A stretch of 63,946 nucleotides of DNA, filler included, from Choristocarpus tenellus KU-1152 (taxonomy: Eukaryota; Protista; Phaeophyceae): NCBI GenBank assembly GCA_964200185.2. It is 11 parts of 11 records of this genome, joined end to end, with 100 filler letters (N's around TTAATTAATTAA, not from the genome) between each part and the next. Parts side by side here need not be neighbours in the genome. Positions count along the whole stretch, not along the records: positions 1 to 10,201 come from CAXNAD020003081.1; positions 10,302 to 18,070 come from CAXNAD020005610.1; 9 more parts are not named here. One strand, written 5' to 3'. Shown one piece after another: positions 1 to 12,326 of this stretch (position 1 is the first letter of the stretch; the number at the start of each line of letters is the position of its first letter). A program made the translations under genes and the position numbers. The notes under the pieces were generated by a model that saw only the letters and a list, made by a program, of their open reading frames with translations, was not told the origin of the DNA and did no database searches.

Positions 1-291
1 GTATAACGGTATATGGCATACGAGCAATTCGGTATAATAACAGACAAACATGCTTTCCACATATCTGTAATTACTTTTGTGCATCAAGGATTCCACTACC
101 ACAACAATGAACCTTCTGTTTCTCAAGCAGTAAATTTGGAACGAGTGAAAGTATCTTAGAGGGTACGAGTTTTGCCCTGTTTGTCCGTTTGGGGTTCGGC
201 TTCCTACTACTGGGTTCTTATGACATCTTACCTACTCCGAAACAATTTTGGAGTGGGTAGGTTATGAAAAGGTGTGTCCGGAACAAGGATA

Positions 292-329
292 TTTTTATTA
301 TTATGCCCTCTGACATTTTGCAGATGTGT
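292..329 (-). mobile_element. 38-bp 3' terminus of the CRE-like LINE (extremely 5'-truncated insertion)
   Basis: The reverse complement matches the CRE 3' end (catctg.aaaatgtcagagggcataataataa) seen at ~13810-13845 and ~54565-54596. Flanked by direct repeat AAGGATA (285-291 and 330-336). Confidence 0.7.
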
Positions 330-432
330 AAGGATACCGACCCTTCGTAACAAACACGATAGCCAAAATTACATCATATTCGCAACAAACAGTGGATTTT
401 GGCCCCAAATAGACGCGCCTCTACCCTCTAAG

Positions 433-551
433 AACAGCCGATTTCAAAAGTTGAGGATGGAGCTTTTCATTGAGGATGGGCTTGACCCAAAATTGACTGG
501 GATAAAGTGTCGATATGATATTTTTTACCTCTATTTTTGAAATCGGCTATT
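433..551. mobile_element. Small MITE (family G, 119 bp) inserted in the right TIR of a family A MITE
   Basis: TIRs AACAGCCGATTTCAAAA / TTTTGAAATCGGCTATT with TAAG on both sides. A second, gap-truncated copy starts at ~21634. Confidence 0.75.
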
Positions 552-3500
552 TAAGGTACTTTGACTCAACCATCCAATCAAGTAGGAAGAAATACATATT
601 TCCAATATTTTTGTGTAGTTTTGTCATTTGAAAACCAAAACCAATACAAAACCATTCAAATGTCGTCAGAGGAACTTGCCAAAAAGTATCAGTTGTAAAT
701 GCAGGGCATTTTTCTTGCATCTATTTTCCTGTTTTACTAACACCTATAAGTACTTTTTTATGTGGTTTATTTTCCGAAAAAAATAATAGCAACCATTGTT
801 GTGACAGTTGGACTTTTGATTTTCGATTTTAAGATAGTAAATGAATATAGTAGTGTGGAAAATATCCAAGGGCAAAATGTATTGAAATAGTAATAATATA
901 CAACAAGAAACATCTCCCTACTCAATAGTAGTAGGGAGTGAGAAGGAAGTGTGAGATGGAACGACTATGTTGTAACTTAAGAACGACTGTGTTGTAACTT
1001 AAGGAGCTATATCATAAATTGAACTGATGATGCCAACAAATCAAGTTGATCCATCGTAAATTTCTTTATCTGACGAGAAAAAGAACTGGCAGAACAGATA
1101 CGGCTTGGGATTACGTTTAGTAGTGAGGAGTGTTGAATTGTCACTCTTTACTTATTTTGGATATTTGTGCGAAAATTGAATTCAACAATGAAGAAAAAAA
1201 TATATTTGTAGTTCCAAAATCGCAGATTGTAATTATTGAGGAAAACAATTACACAAAAACCAGTAGGTTGCATTGTGAACACGTGATGGGTGAGGGTTTA
1301 GTCCTCTATTAGACGGATCGTTGAGAGGTGAGAAGCTAGGCCTTAATACCTGACCAGTAGGGACCTCAACCCCCAATCAACAACAGGGACGAGTGAGTGT
1401 TGAACGAGACTCAGTAGTAGAAACGGGTCAGTGTTGATGAGATTGCGTACAAGGATGTCGGTCTGGGGATGGGAGTTCACATTCAAATTAGATGGTGTTG
1501 GGGGTGCAATTCTAAAGGGGAAAGCCTTTGTTGTAAATTCTTACTGAAGTGCTTTGCAAAGTTATCCGAGTGCGTTATCTCTCAGAGTTGTTGCACGTAA
1601 GCCAAGACCTCCTCCTCCCTGCTACTTCCACTAACATAACCTGCACCATCTTTCTTAGCCTGGAACTGGAAGGGATGGTTACCTTGAAAGAGATTTATAT
1701 GATTCATGAATTCACTTGCCTATTGCGTTCCCGGTGATAATGTTGATTCCCTCAGGTGTGGCGAAATTTAAAGCATAAGGAAGGGTAGCTCCTTCCACTA
1801 AGCGTTTGACATGGACGAACACCTGACTCGACCGCTAGTGGGAGCTCCCTTGAAGGTTTGCTTTGGTTATTAGGGATCATCTGTCTTATACGTGAGGAAG
1901 TTGCGAGAAGTAAGTTATTCATCTGATGAGAGATGAACGGCTGTTACTCCCTTACGTTGACGTACATCTTGCAGATGCTACGCTGCCGGATCCATATATT
2001 CGATGCAATCTTACAGAACGTTATTCCTGCCTTCACTGACCCAGCTAGTCTCGAGCCTGTGAATGTTGCTATACTGACCTTACACTCGAAACCATGAGAC
2101 ATGTTGACGATTTTATGCACAACAATAGGCGTGTCGATCCTCTCCCTATCCTTACCTTCGTTCGCCAGCAAAAAACGGGACAGCATAGGTCAGGTGGGAC
2201 GAAGGTGGAGAAAAAGCATGGCGGACGGAGAGGTGGGACTTTCGAGCAGAGATACGGCTATTCCTGGGACTTGTGCATCATCTTTCCAGTGAAGGTAGGT
2301 GACCGAAAGTTGTATGGGAGGAAGAGAGGAAGACTCCAACCTTGAGGTTTGAGGAGGGTAGAATAAGTCAGACAAGGAGTATAATTTTCCACCCTCGAAC
2401 AGTGCTATGTGTATCACATTGAAAGGCTCGGTAACATAACATGATAACATGATAGTTTTGGATAGTGTCATCAGAGCAACTCATCACTAGAAAGTATTAC
2501 TGTGTTGAATAAGCTAAATATATTTACTGAGAACTTGAATCAATAAGTCTTGTTGGTGTTATCCCAGAGCTCTAATTACCAACTATAGCTTGACAGTTGT
2601 TTGTGTGCGCATACACACACAACATATACACGCACACATACACACGCACATACACATACATACATAAATAAGCACACACACACATGCACATACACATACA
2701 TAAATAAGCACACACACATATTTAGGTTATGCCTCTACTGATTATAACAGTATAATGTTACGTGCAGGTCAAGAATTCAGAACAGTATCTGTCCGTATGG
2801 TGTACCGCTCTTTTTTTTACGTTCAGTATACAGCTTATCCTATTCTCTCGCTTCCTTTATTAGGGTTGTGAAGCACATAGTACCTGTCATTTATGATTTT
2901 GAAAGCTTTCATGCTTGTTAAGAGCTATTCCTTTTTGGTAAGTGTGTTGAAAAAGGAACGATGGGTATTTTGTCACTTTTTCTTATTCATTTTATTAAAC
3001 TTCGAAATTAAATTATGCACAATGAAGTGTACTCAAGAAGCATAATGATAATAGTAGTAGTAATAGTAATGATCACAACGTCGTTTCCCCTCTGTAGGGT
3101 AGTGACATAGGTACAAGTAAAACAAGTGTGAGAGTGGCTGGGATCTCCATTTGACTTCAACTTGCAGCACGATACACTATTTTAATAATATATAAAAGCA
3201 CTTTTTTTGCAAGAAATAATATATTGCTTTTTTTGGATTGCCTTTTCTACAGTAGGTCTGGGGGATACCTCAGACTGATGTGATGATACAAACTTCTTAC
3301 TCCCATATACCAATTTTTTAATTAAAATATCTCTTTTGGTGAATAAAAAAATTTAATAGCACTATTACAAAGTTTGGGCATAAATATAGTATGTTCCTTT
3401 TAGGGATTTAATAGCAAAAGGGCACTTTGTTATCTTTTCAGCTGAAGTAGATTTTTCTGCTTTGGATATTAAATTGGTAATTATATTACTGCAACGTTAC

Positions 3501-4006
3501 TATGCTACTACTACTACTAATGCTAATAATAAAAATAACAATAATAATAATTATTATTATACTTACAGCTCACAATAATTTTAGTTTTATTTTGGAATGG
3601 AGTAAATAAACATTGCTAGAAATGCAAGACGATTTGAAATTTAGGTCTGAAGAGTAGGCGGCAAATGCATAAACGGCAATGTGTTGGTCTCAGTGTCAGG
3701 TTAATCCTACTATTGTCAATACTCCAGTTATAGTGTATCATGAGTCTAGGGTTTACAGCCTAGTACACACGTTTACAGCCAGTTATAGTGTACACACAAG
3801 GATTTTCTTCGTTGTTGTCAGCAAGGAATGTCTTGGCTCCGGTGCAAGGATTAAAAAAAAAAAAATCCTCTTGTTTTTGTTGCTCGGTTTTTGTGTGATG
3901 GATCAATGAATTGAGGGGTTATACCCTGGTACATATGCAAGATTTTTTTTAAGATTTGTTTTAAAAAAATGAAAAAAAGAGGTTGCGAGAAGTAAGATTG
4001 TAATCA

Positions 4007-4153
4007 TCATTGTGAAACTTGATTGGTCATTGTGAGACTTGAATGTTCATTGTGAAACTTGAATGTTCATTGTGAAACTTGATTGGTCATTGCGAAACTA
4101 GAGAATGTTCATTGCGAAACTTGAGAATGTTCATTGCGAAACTTGATTGGTCA
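4007..4153. repeat. 20-22 bp minisatellite (cattgtgaaacttgaatgtt / cattgtgaaacttgattggt variants), ~7 units
   Basis: Direct tandem units visible in the sequence. Confidence 0.9.
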
Positions 4154-5657
4154 TGGCGCTGAGTAAGCAGTGTGTCCTGTTGTCGGTGCCTTTAAATTGT
4201 TTTTAGTTGACAAACTGTGCATCTCTTGTGTCTCTGTAGACATGTCTTGGGTACGATCTAGGTAAATCAAATTTAAAACCTGAACACGAATAGGATCAAA
4301 TTTTCAGAATGTTAACGAGATTTTTGTGCCCTTTCAATTTGAATTTTTAATGCTCTAAAAAACATCGTACATTCTAGAATCGGTGGTGATTTCCCCGCCC
4401 TTGCACCCCTCCCCGAATGATACAGCAGTTCCTGATGGTTTTTGAGTTTTGTATCTTGAAGAATGGAGTAGACAGTTATACCGCTACCGGTATGTTATAC
4501 TTTGAACAAAACCCCAGCGTGTTTTGAGCATTGGGTTTCGATGGGATAAGGATGGCGTTAATTTCTTTACGGTAGTGTATTTCGTAATGTGTGTGCTGAA
4601 AGAGGGATGTAAAACCTCTCTGAATTCGTCTGATTGGTCAATTAAAAAATATTAATCTCTTTTTTTTTCCTGTTGTGAAATATTTGAAATTGAAAACATC
4701 TCTCGTCACTGTTGTGTGTTTGTGTATAAAATTTTTCCTTAGGACTAATTTGGTTATCCATCCAAATTTTTCTGACTGTGGTGCCTTTTATCTAAAAACT
4801 TGAAAAATATATATTTTTTTTTTATGTTCTCCGCTGCGAGCTTCGACCTTTAAAAAAAAAAAAGAGTAGGGGTATTGTTTTGTGTATTCCCCTTGGTGAA
4901 TGTAATTTTCGTGTTGTTTTTTTGTGGTTTTCTTTGTGTGTATTTGTGTGTGTGTGTGTGTTTGTTTGTGTTTTGTTTTTAAAATATATAAGTACAATAT
5001 GAGGATTACAGTGCGATAACTTTGTGGGGGTTAAGAGTCCAATCTTTTTGACCCCTGAGGCATTGTGACACTTCAAATGTACACGACTTGATAATATTTT
5101 AGGGTTAGGGTTATGGTTAGGGTTATATGTGCATACACGACAAGAGCACTGTCTGGACGGCGGACGGAAGGTATAAACCAAACGCCTGTGAATATATTTT
5201 TGGACTGGATACTACGGGAACACTACGGGACTGTACTTGCTCTAAATCGTTTGTCGAGTAATGAATACACCCACAGACCAAACGTCTCCCAAGCCATTGT
5301 CCAGGACAATGGGCGTCTCCTTGTAGGGTATTGCTCCGAAAGGCTTTGCTGGATTGACAGACATTACGTTCCATATATGGGCTGGAGAGCTTTAGCCCTT
5401 CAAGGAACAACGTTATTAGGGAGTGCAACCAACTTTGTTTGGTTTGTTTGGGACTTTTTTTCACTCAATCCTTGAGTTGGTGTTAAAAAAAAGATGAGAA
5501 TAAATGAAAATAAAAATAAAAGTGGTGTGACATTCATTACTGTCCCGGACAAGGGCCGTAACAGGCTGCATCATTCAACCATCCACCTTTCGTCCACCCC
5601 TCCTCCCACCCTCCAACCGCTCCGCCCTCACCCTCACCCTCACCCTCATTTCAACGT

Positions 5658-5701
<44 letters not shown>

Positions 5702-5772
5702 TAGTTGTACACACACACATTAGTTGTACACACACACATTAGTTGTACACACACACATTAGTTGTACACACA
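5658..5772. repeat. (CA)n microsatellite followed by a 19-bp tandem repeat (cacacacattagttgtaca)
   Basis: Direct tandem units immediately upstream of an exon. Confidence 0.9.
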
Positions 5773-5799
5773 TATCTCTGCGTACATGTGTTCTTTTAG

Positions 5800-7688
5800 A
5801 CTCTCCCAGGGAGGGAGAGTGCAGCCAATATAGTGAGGAGGCTGTGCGATGCAGGGCTGGAGACATACCTCTACAGATCAGTGCAGCAGGATGAGATCAT
5901 CTGTAAGATCAGGTGGGTGGCGTATGTACTTGCATTTGTCAGTATTGGTGATGTCGTAATCGTTAGGGTTGAGTCTCAGTCTTGTTGTATCGTTAGGTGT
6001 TGTTGTATCGTTAGGTGTCGTTGTATCGTTAGGTGTTGTTGTATCGTTAGGTGTTGTTGTATCGTTAGGTGTTGTTGTATCATTAGGTGTTGTTGTATCA
6101 TTAGGTGTTGTGTATCGCTATATACAAAATTTATATCAAGTGCAATGCTCGTTGAGGGTTAGGGTTTTGTGTGTACTATTCCGTGTGTGGCTTACGTTGG
6201 TGTAGTGTTGTAATACATGTATGCTTTCGACATGCTATGTAGTGTATTATTTCACTGCTGTATATATATTATACATACTTTTGTGTAGAATAGTATATTG
6301 TTATGGTAATCTACATAATTCATTTATTTGGAGTAGTATTGTATTTACTACTCTAATTTTTTTGGACACTTTGTGGCGTGTTGTTTTAGTAATCTACATA
6401 ATATATATTTTTGTGTTCCATGTAGAACAATGTATTTGGAGTAGTATTGTATATATACTACATACACATATTTTTCTTATACTATGCAGTATATTCATAC
6501 ATCACTGTATATATGCTCAACATTTTTTTTCCCCCCAGGAATACAATGTACTTTGATGGTGTCTTTTGTTGTTGTTGTTCTGTTATCCTCTAGTGAGGCA
6601 CACATTTGCTGTACAATCAGCTTTCTTTTTGGAATGGAGTGAAGTATCACGACTCTCCCTTCCTCATCACACTTCACACTTCTTTTTTTCATACTGCGGC
6701 TGACTAACAATATATTTTTATTAACAATGTATTTTAGTAATATGTATTCTATTAACAATATACTCTACTAACGATGCATTTTTATTAACAATGTATTTTA
6801 GTAATGATATATTCTACTAGCAATATATTTTAGTGACAAGGTATTTTATTAGCGATATAGTTTGTACTTTATTAGCATTATATTTTAGTAACGATGTATT
6901 CTATTAACAATGTACTTTATTAGCATTATATTTTAGTAATGATGTATTCTATTAACAATGTACTTTATTAGCATTATATTTTAGTAATGATGTATTCTAT
7001 TAACAATGTACTTTATTAGCATTATATTTTAGTAACAATGTATTTTTTGCACCTCATCGATGGTTTACCTGTTTAGCGATCGATTGCTGTCTAACAGTGA
7101 AATCCGCACCAATTTGTTGATATGGTTACTGACCAACCAAAACAACCTCTAGACCACGCTCTGGCCACTCTGTTACTCAATAGTTACTCCATAGTTACTC
7201 CATAGTTACCTTCACTTCCATTCTCGTTTCACCCTCCCCATCATCCTACCCCAAAGTCACCCTTCATTTCACTTCTTCAAACACACCAGCTCTTAATGTG
7301 GAAGGAATGTCACTGATGCCTCCACCTCTGATCCCCCACCCCCCCCCTCCCCCTCAACATGCAACACACAACACAGCCCACGTTCCCATTTCTCCTCATC
7401 CCTCTCGTCCCGGTGGTCTCTTTATTTATGTATTTATTTACATATTTATTTATTTATTTACGTATTTATTTATTTATTTATTTACATATTTACGTATTAA
7501 TTAATGTATTTATTTATATATTTATATTTAAGGGCACCATTGGAGCGTCTAGCACGGCATGCGGATGACATTGACCACCTCATGCTTCTCAAGGAGGTGG
7601 CCATTGAGCGGGTGCTTGGAGAGGGTTCACCTAACCCTCCCATCGCAGGAAGGCGTATCGCCCACGACCCCACCATCACTCTATACAG
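5800..7688 (+). CDS. Anoctamin/TMEM16-like protein, N-terminal cytosolic region, partial (exons 5800-5912 and 7533-7688; possible upstream micro-exon 2768-2794)
   Basis: AG/GT-bounded exons join in phase to give TLPGRESAANIVRRLCDAGLETYLYRSVQQDEIICKIR-APLERLARHADDIDHLMLLKEVAIERVL... This resembles the 'DEIxCKIRAPLERL..EA' segment of anoctamin N-termini. The family call is from motif recall. Confidence 0.7.
5983..6117. repeat. 18-bp minisatellite (tgttgtatcgttaggtgt), ~7 units, intronic
   Basis: Direct tandem units; they produce the spurious CCIVRC / VVSLGV ORFs. Confidence 0.95.
6705..7047. repeat. AT-rich degenerate tandem repeat with a ~45-bp higher-order unit (ttattagcattatattttagtaatgatgtattctattaacaatgtact)
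   Basis: Three near-identical units at ~6865-7040, preceded by more degenerate units. Confidence 0.85.
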
Positions 7689-7728
7689 GTGTGGTTTTTG
7701 CTTTGGGGGGTGTCTGGTTGGTTGCAGA

Positions 7729-7857
7729 ACTGTTGTGTTACTGTGTGTAACGGTTGTGTTACTGTGTGTAACTGTTGTGTTACTGTGTGTAACTGTTGTG
7801 TTACTGTGTGTAACTGTTGTGTAACTGTGTGTAACTGTTGTGTAACTGTGTGTAACG
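7729..7857. repeat. 21-bp minisatellite (actgttgtgttactgtgtgta), ~6 units, intronic
   Basis: Direct tandem units; they produce the spurious LHTVTQQ ORF. Confidence 0.95.
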
Positions 7858-9022
7858 GTGGCGCTCCCTTAGACTGAATCGGGAGGGGTAGTAGTTGTTG
7901 TGACAGGGTCAAGCGTGTGAGCCGGGTGGGAAAGTTTTTTATTGTTTTTTTATTGTTGTTGTAAGGGTTAGGGCTAGGGTTAGGGATATAGAAGTTTTTC
8001 AAGGCTTGTCACGGTTAGTGATTTCAGAGTACTTTAATGTGACGGGAATTTTTGAAAAGCCAACGGTACTGTGCAGTAGTGTACATCGAAGTAAATTGTA
8101 AGGTTATAGAGTGATGAAATAAAGAGTGATGGGATTTTTTCTTTATGAAATAGGGTACGATATGTGCCATAAAGGAGATGGCAACATTGATTTTGTTAAG
8201 GGTTGGGTATGGTTGGGTATGGTTGGGTATAGTGATGGTATTGTAAAAGAAAGACAGTTAATTGGATGTTAACCATTACGGTGTTAACCATTACGGTAAC
8301 GTATGGTTTCCGACGGGATTTTGTTAATTGGATGTTGAGGTATGGATGATATAGTGGTTCAATAGTTTCTGTTCAATAGTTTCTGAACCGCATGCGGCCA
8401 TCCTATACACTTTGGGAGCCCCCTTTTGATGACATGCTGTGGCAGACTGTTGAGATGAAAAACACCTATCTGTGTATCGCTGTGTTTGCTACCTGTCTGA
8501 CTGTCTAACTCTACTCTTGAGCTTGTTGGAGTGTGATGGTGGAGTGTAATGGTTGCTACATAAGGCAGAACCCTAACCCTAAGTATCAAGATGTGGGAAA
8601 AATAATTGTGAAAAATAAATTTGTTATATTATTTAACTGTATTGTGATACTATTATGTTGGAACATTATTTTGGAGGGAAGTAAAGTGTAGTTAGTACTC
8701 TTAAATCTGTTGAGAGGGTTTTATATGAGAGTTTGTACGTAGACAATGCTCTCCTGTATTGCATGTGGTACACACTGTAGTAATAACATTGGTAGTAATA
8801 ACATTGGTAGCATGTATGATACAGTGTTAGCATAAAGGAGATGCTTTGAAGTACTGCACACGCTAGATGTGGCTATTAGAGTACATACGAAGTAGGAACT
8901 GTGTCCACAGCAAGATAATGTGTGTACATCTGAAAATGCAGTGCAGTAACATGCTTGAACAGTACGTTTCTGTATTGATAGGGTACAGTGGGGATCACGG
9001 TTAAATGTTTTTGGCAGCGAGT

Positions 9023-9211
9023 GTGCCGTAATTTTTTTGAATTGCCGCAGGACGATCTTGTAGTGATCACCATCATTACTATCCTATGGTACTGTGGAGT
9101 ACCGTTACAGTGCCGTAATTTTTTTTGAATTGCCGCGGGACGATCTTGTAGTGATCACCATCATTACTATCCTATGGTACTGTGGAGTACTGTTACAGTG
9201 CCGTAATTTTT
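9023..9211. repeat. Tandem duplication of an ~87-88 bp unit (2.1 copies)
   Basis: gtgccgtaattttttgaattgccgc... starts at 9023, 9110 and 9198. Confidence 0.9.
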
Positions 9212-10149
9212 TCCGTTACGGTATTCTTTACTGTGACAAGACTTGGGAATTTGGCAGGACTGGGCTGTGGGTCAGCTGGGAAAAAGATGTGTATTTTGAA
9301 AAAGATGTATTATAAATGTATTTTGAAATGGTCGACCGGATCTCAGTTTTTATGGGACCACCCACGCATGTGTGCACCAAAGTGTCGTCATTACAGTGCT
9401 ACGATACTTTTTTATGTGTTATGTTTTGAGATCTTGATTTGAGATCTTGATCAGGCGTTTTTGCTTTTGGCAGTACTCTCTCTCTCTCTCGCTCTCAAGA
9501 TATACGAGATGTATTGATTACTAAGAGTGTTCTGAATGCAAAACATGTGCTGGGTTACTGTTTTGTGGTTCATAGCACCATAGAGTGCTCTGTGGCACTA
9601 TGTGGTTACCTCCTTACGAAACCGGAGTGGGGGGGACAGATATTCCCTGTTTTGGGTGAGGCCCCTTGGCTTGTTCATTGTGTACAAGCAATTTATTACT
9701 TCACTATTTTATTATATTTGTCAGTATAGCAGTTTTTTCAATTCTCTTTGATAGAATAAATATTGTAGATTCCATATAAATTAGAAACATATAAATTAGA
9801 AACCAACCAATATTTTTGGACAAAGCTTGGGAGGAGATAATATTTTTTTTGTCAAATTTTGTCAGAAACAGACCAAGGGAAAGGGGTATCTATTTTTTTT
9901 TGTTTATGTAGGCTGGGACAAAAAGGTCATGACTGGGCCGTGGGCCAGCCCTGATACATGTAATTGTATTGTGACCCTAACCCTATCACTTTTCTTCATA
10001 AAGAATATGAAGATCAAGGGTTGTGGTCGTGTATTACAGATGGTACTGTGCTTGTGAAGTACATTGTGAAGTACATTGTCATGTAGGTGTCGTTTCATTT
10101 GTGTGTGGTAGTGTTTTGGTTTGCAATGCCTTTCTTCTTGCCCTTCCCC

Positions 10150-10201
<52 letters not shown>

Positions 10202-10301
10202 NNNNNNNNNNNNNNNNNNNNNNNNNNNNNNNNNNNNNNNNNNNNTTAATTAATTAANNNNNNNNNNNNNNNNNNNNNNNNNNNNNNNNNNNNNNNNNNN
10301 N
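10202..10301. other. Artificial contig linker N44-TTAATTAATTAA-N44 (also at 18071, 21696, 24850, 29395, 36178, 41096, 47413, 54771, 61229)
   Basis: The same 100-nt spacer, with stops in all six frames, occurs ten times. Confidence 0.98.
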
Positions 10302-10318
10302 GGTATTGATGTAGACAT

Positions 10319-10576
10319 GAGTGAAAGTATCTTAGAGGGTACGAGGTTTGCCCTGTTTGTCCATTTGGGGCTTGGCTTCCCACGGGTTTTTTAAGTAAAT
10401 TTTCCTACTCCAAAATGTTTCGGAGTAGATAAAATGTATACCTTATGAAAAGGTGTGTATGGAACAAGCATATTTACACTTCCTAACAAACACGATAGTC
10501 AAAATTACATCAAATCGCAACATTGGATTTTGGCCCCCAAACGGACGCGGCTCTACCCTCTAAGATACTTTGACTC
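10319..10576 (+). mobile_element. MITE family A, full length (258 bp)
   Basis: TIRs GAGTGAAAGTATCTTAGAGGGTA ... TACCCTCTAAGATACTTTGACTC. Confidence 0.9.
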
Positions 10577-11551
10577 AATTGACCGCCTTACTTGATGAAG
10601 CGGAACAAGGGAAGGAAACTTCCTTGCTAGGCCTGGCCCACCACCAAAGACTGTGTGTGTGGACAAGGGGCAAATGCATGGACCTTCGCAGAACCCCTGG
10701 GACCAGCATGCCAGATCCCTCCCATAGAGTTTAGACTCACCGCCAGCAGATCCATAGGGAGAGGGGAGGCCCTATCAAATAGGTGCCCAGTGGCTGGGTG
10801 CAGGAGGCAAAATGTGTACACTAAACATGCATGTACGTACCTGCCCTAGGGCAGGAGGACAGGCACGCCAGCACACATCAATGGTGAAGCGTCGAGGTCA
10901 ACTCTGCAAAGGAATGGGCATCCCTTGCACTATGGAGGACGGTAGCCGATCCGCATGGATTTGATATTACATGCTGGTGCACTTGCCGACTCCGGATCAG
11001 CTCCATACCGAGACAAAGGCCTCCTCCTAGATGTTACGTTTGCAGAAATGCAAGCAGCCTCCCATCTCCCCCACTCATCCACCAGCAATGGTGTACCTGT
11101 TGCTGCACCTGAGGCATGAAAGCGCACCCACTATGAGGTTTCTTTTGACCCATTAAGTTATAAACTCAACACCTTGCGATGGAAAAATTTGGGCGTCTCG
11201 GTAAGGAAGCGGAAATTTTTCTGGATGAGTTGGCTACGCACATGGTAGGGGGGATAGGGGCAGGAGGCTACAGTAGGAAAGGGCGTGTCAAATCCCGTCT
11301 ACAGCAGATAGTGTCTATCACAACACAAGTTACTCTATCAAGAGGTGTCATGCATTTTAAGCTGGAGACACCAGGGAGATGGGTAAGACGGAGGGGCCTT
11401 TCAGATTCTAGGGATGCTTCCCTAGCTCCTCACCCTGGGGTGTAGGGCTCATCTTGGTTAGAGGCACAGGAGGGTAGTGGTGTAGCATAGCTGGTAGTAA
11501 AACAGTAAATAAATGATGGAAAAATGTCTTCCACATTTACGACAACCGCTA
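10577..11551 (+). mobile_element. CRE-like non-LTR retrotransposon remnant: CCHC zinc knuckle plus restriction-like endonuclease (RLE) and 3' UTR; the UTR resumes at 13753-13845
   Basis: Frameshifted translation CPVAGCRRQNVYTKHACT..RQHT..RMDL..LLLDVT..KRTHY..EKFGRLG follows the C-C-H-C / RH / R(P)D..D / K..Y / P..E..G order of RLE LINEs. Homologous to 14442, 28060 and 54296. Confidence 0.8.
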
Positions 11552-11768
11552 AGGTGGTACCAGTAGCTTCGCCCTCTGTGGCAGCCGTAGTTTTTTTCAC
11601 CGGAACGTCACAACAGTTATACAACAATGTATATATCAAATCAAAGGGTATGACAAGAGCTTTTGAAGGTTTGTATCCACGAATGTCCAGGCTTCAGAAT
11701 ACGGGAGCTATGTCCCAATCAAAGAATGGCAAAAACGCGGGGGAATATCTCCAGCGCAAATTTGAAGG

Positions 11769-12028
11769 GAGTGAAAGTATCTTAGAGGGTACAAGTTCTG
11801 CACTGTTTGTCCGTTTGGGGCTTGACTTCTCATGGGGTTTTTAATGATATTTTCCTACTCTGAAATGTTTTGGAATAGGTAAAATGTGTATGTTATGAAA
11901 AGGTGTGTCCATAACAAGGATAACGACGCTTGCTAACGAAGACGATAGCCAAAATTACATCAAAACTGCAACATATGGGTTTTGACCCCCATTTGGACAC
12001 GGTTGTACCCTCTAAGATACTTTGACTC
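11769..12028 (+). mobile_element. MITE family A, full length, with 4-bp TSD AAGG
   Basis: Both TIRs present; AAGG at 11765-11768 and 12029-12032. Confidence 0.92.
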
Positions 12029-12326
12029 AAGGTGAATACTTCAAAACGGACAAAAATGAAGCGGTTGGCAGAACTCCTTGCAAAAAACTGGTCCGGGGTA
12101 GGTCGCTGCCCAAGTTTGGCGGTGTGGCGATACCGAAAAAAAACTCAAGATTTCTGGACATCTTTTTAACGCCTTTTGTAGACTTTCTGTGAGCACACAC
12201 ACGCATGACTTACACCGCAACATGAACCACGATAATGAGACAAGGAGAGCCATTGAGGTGACTCTGCCCCCTGGATCTACCCTCGGCACCTTCTTTGTCG
12301 AAAAGTGACGGAAAAGCAAGTACCGT

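Larger units (their letters stand above)
143..567 (+). mobile_element. MITE family A copy carrying two nested insertions
   Basis: Starts GAGTGAAAGTATCTTAGAGGGTA and ends TACTTTGACTC. The body matches the copies at 10319, 11769, 18938 and 42591. Extra DNA lies at 292-329 and 433-551. Confidence 0.85.

Noticed and set aside
1300-2471. GC-richer block with two in-frame minus-strand ORFs (1944-2186, 2190-2471)
   Set aside because: No recognisable domain in any frame. Probably decayed TE sequence, but it cannot be assigned.
4007-4153. Repeat-plus-variable-segment pattern resembling a CRISPR array
   Set aside because: The variable parts are only 6-9 nt and recur. There are no unique spacers and no cas genes, and the context is eukaryotic.
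5833-8002. Cys-rich and repetitive ORFs (CCIVR, CNCCVTV, LHTVTQQ, YLFI)
   Set aside because: These are translations of intronic mini- and microsatellites.
10246-10257. Recurrent TTAATTAATTAA motif within N runs
   Set aside because: Artificial six-frame-stop linker used to concatenate contigs; not biological.
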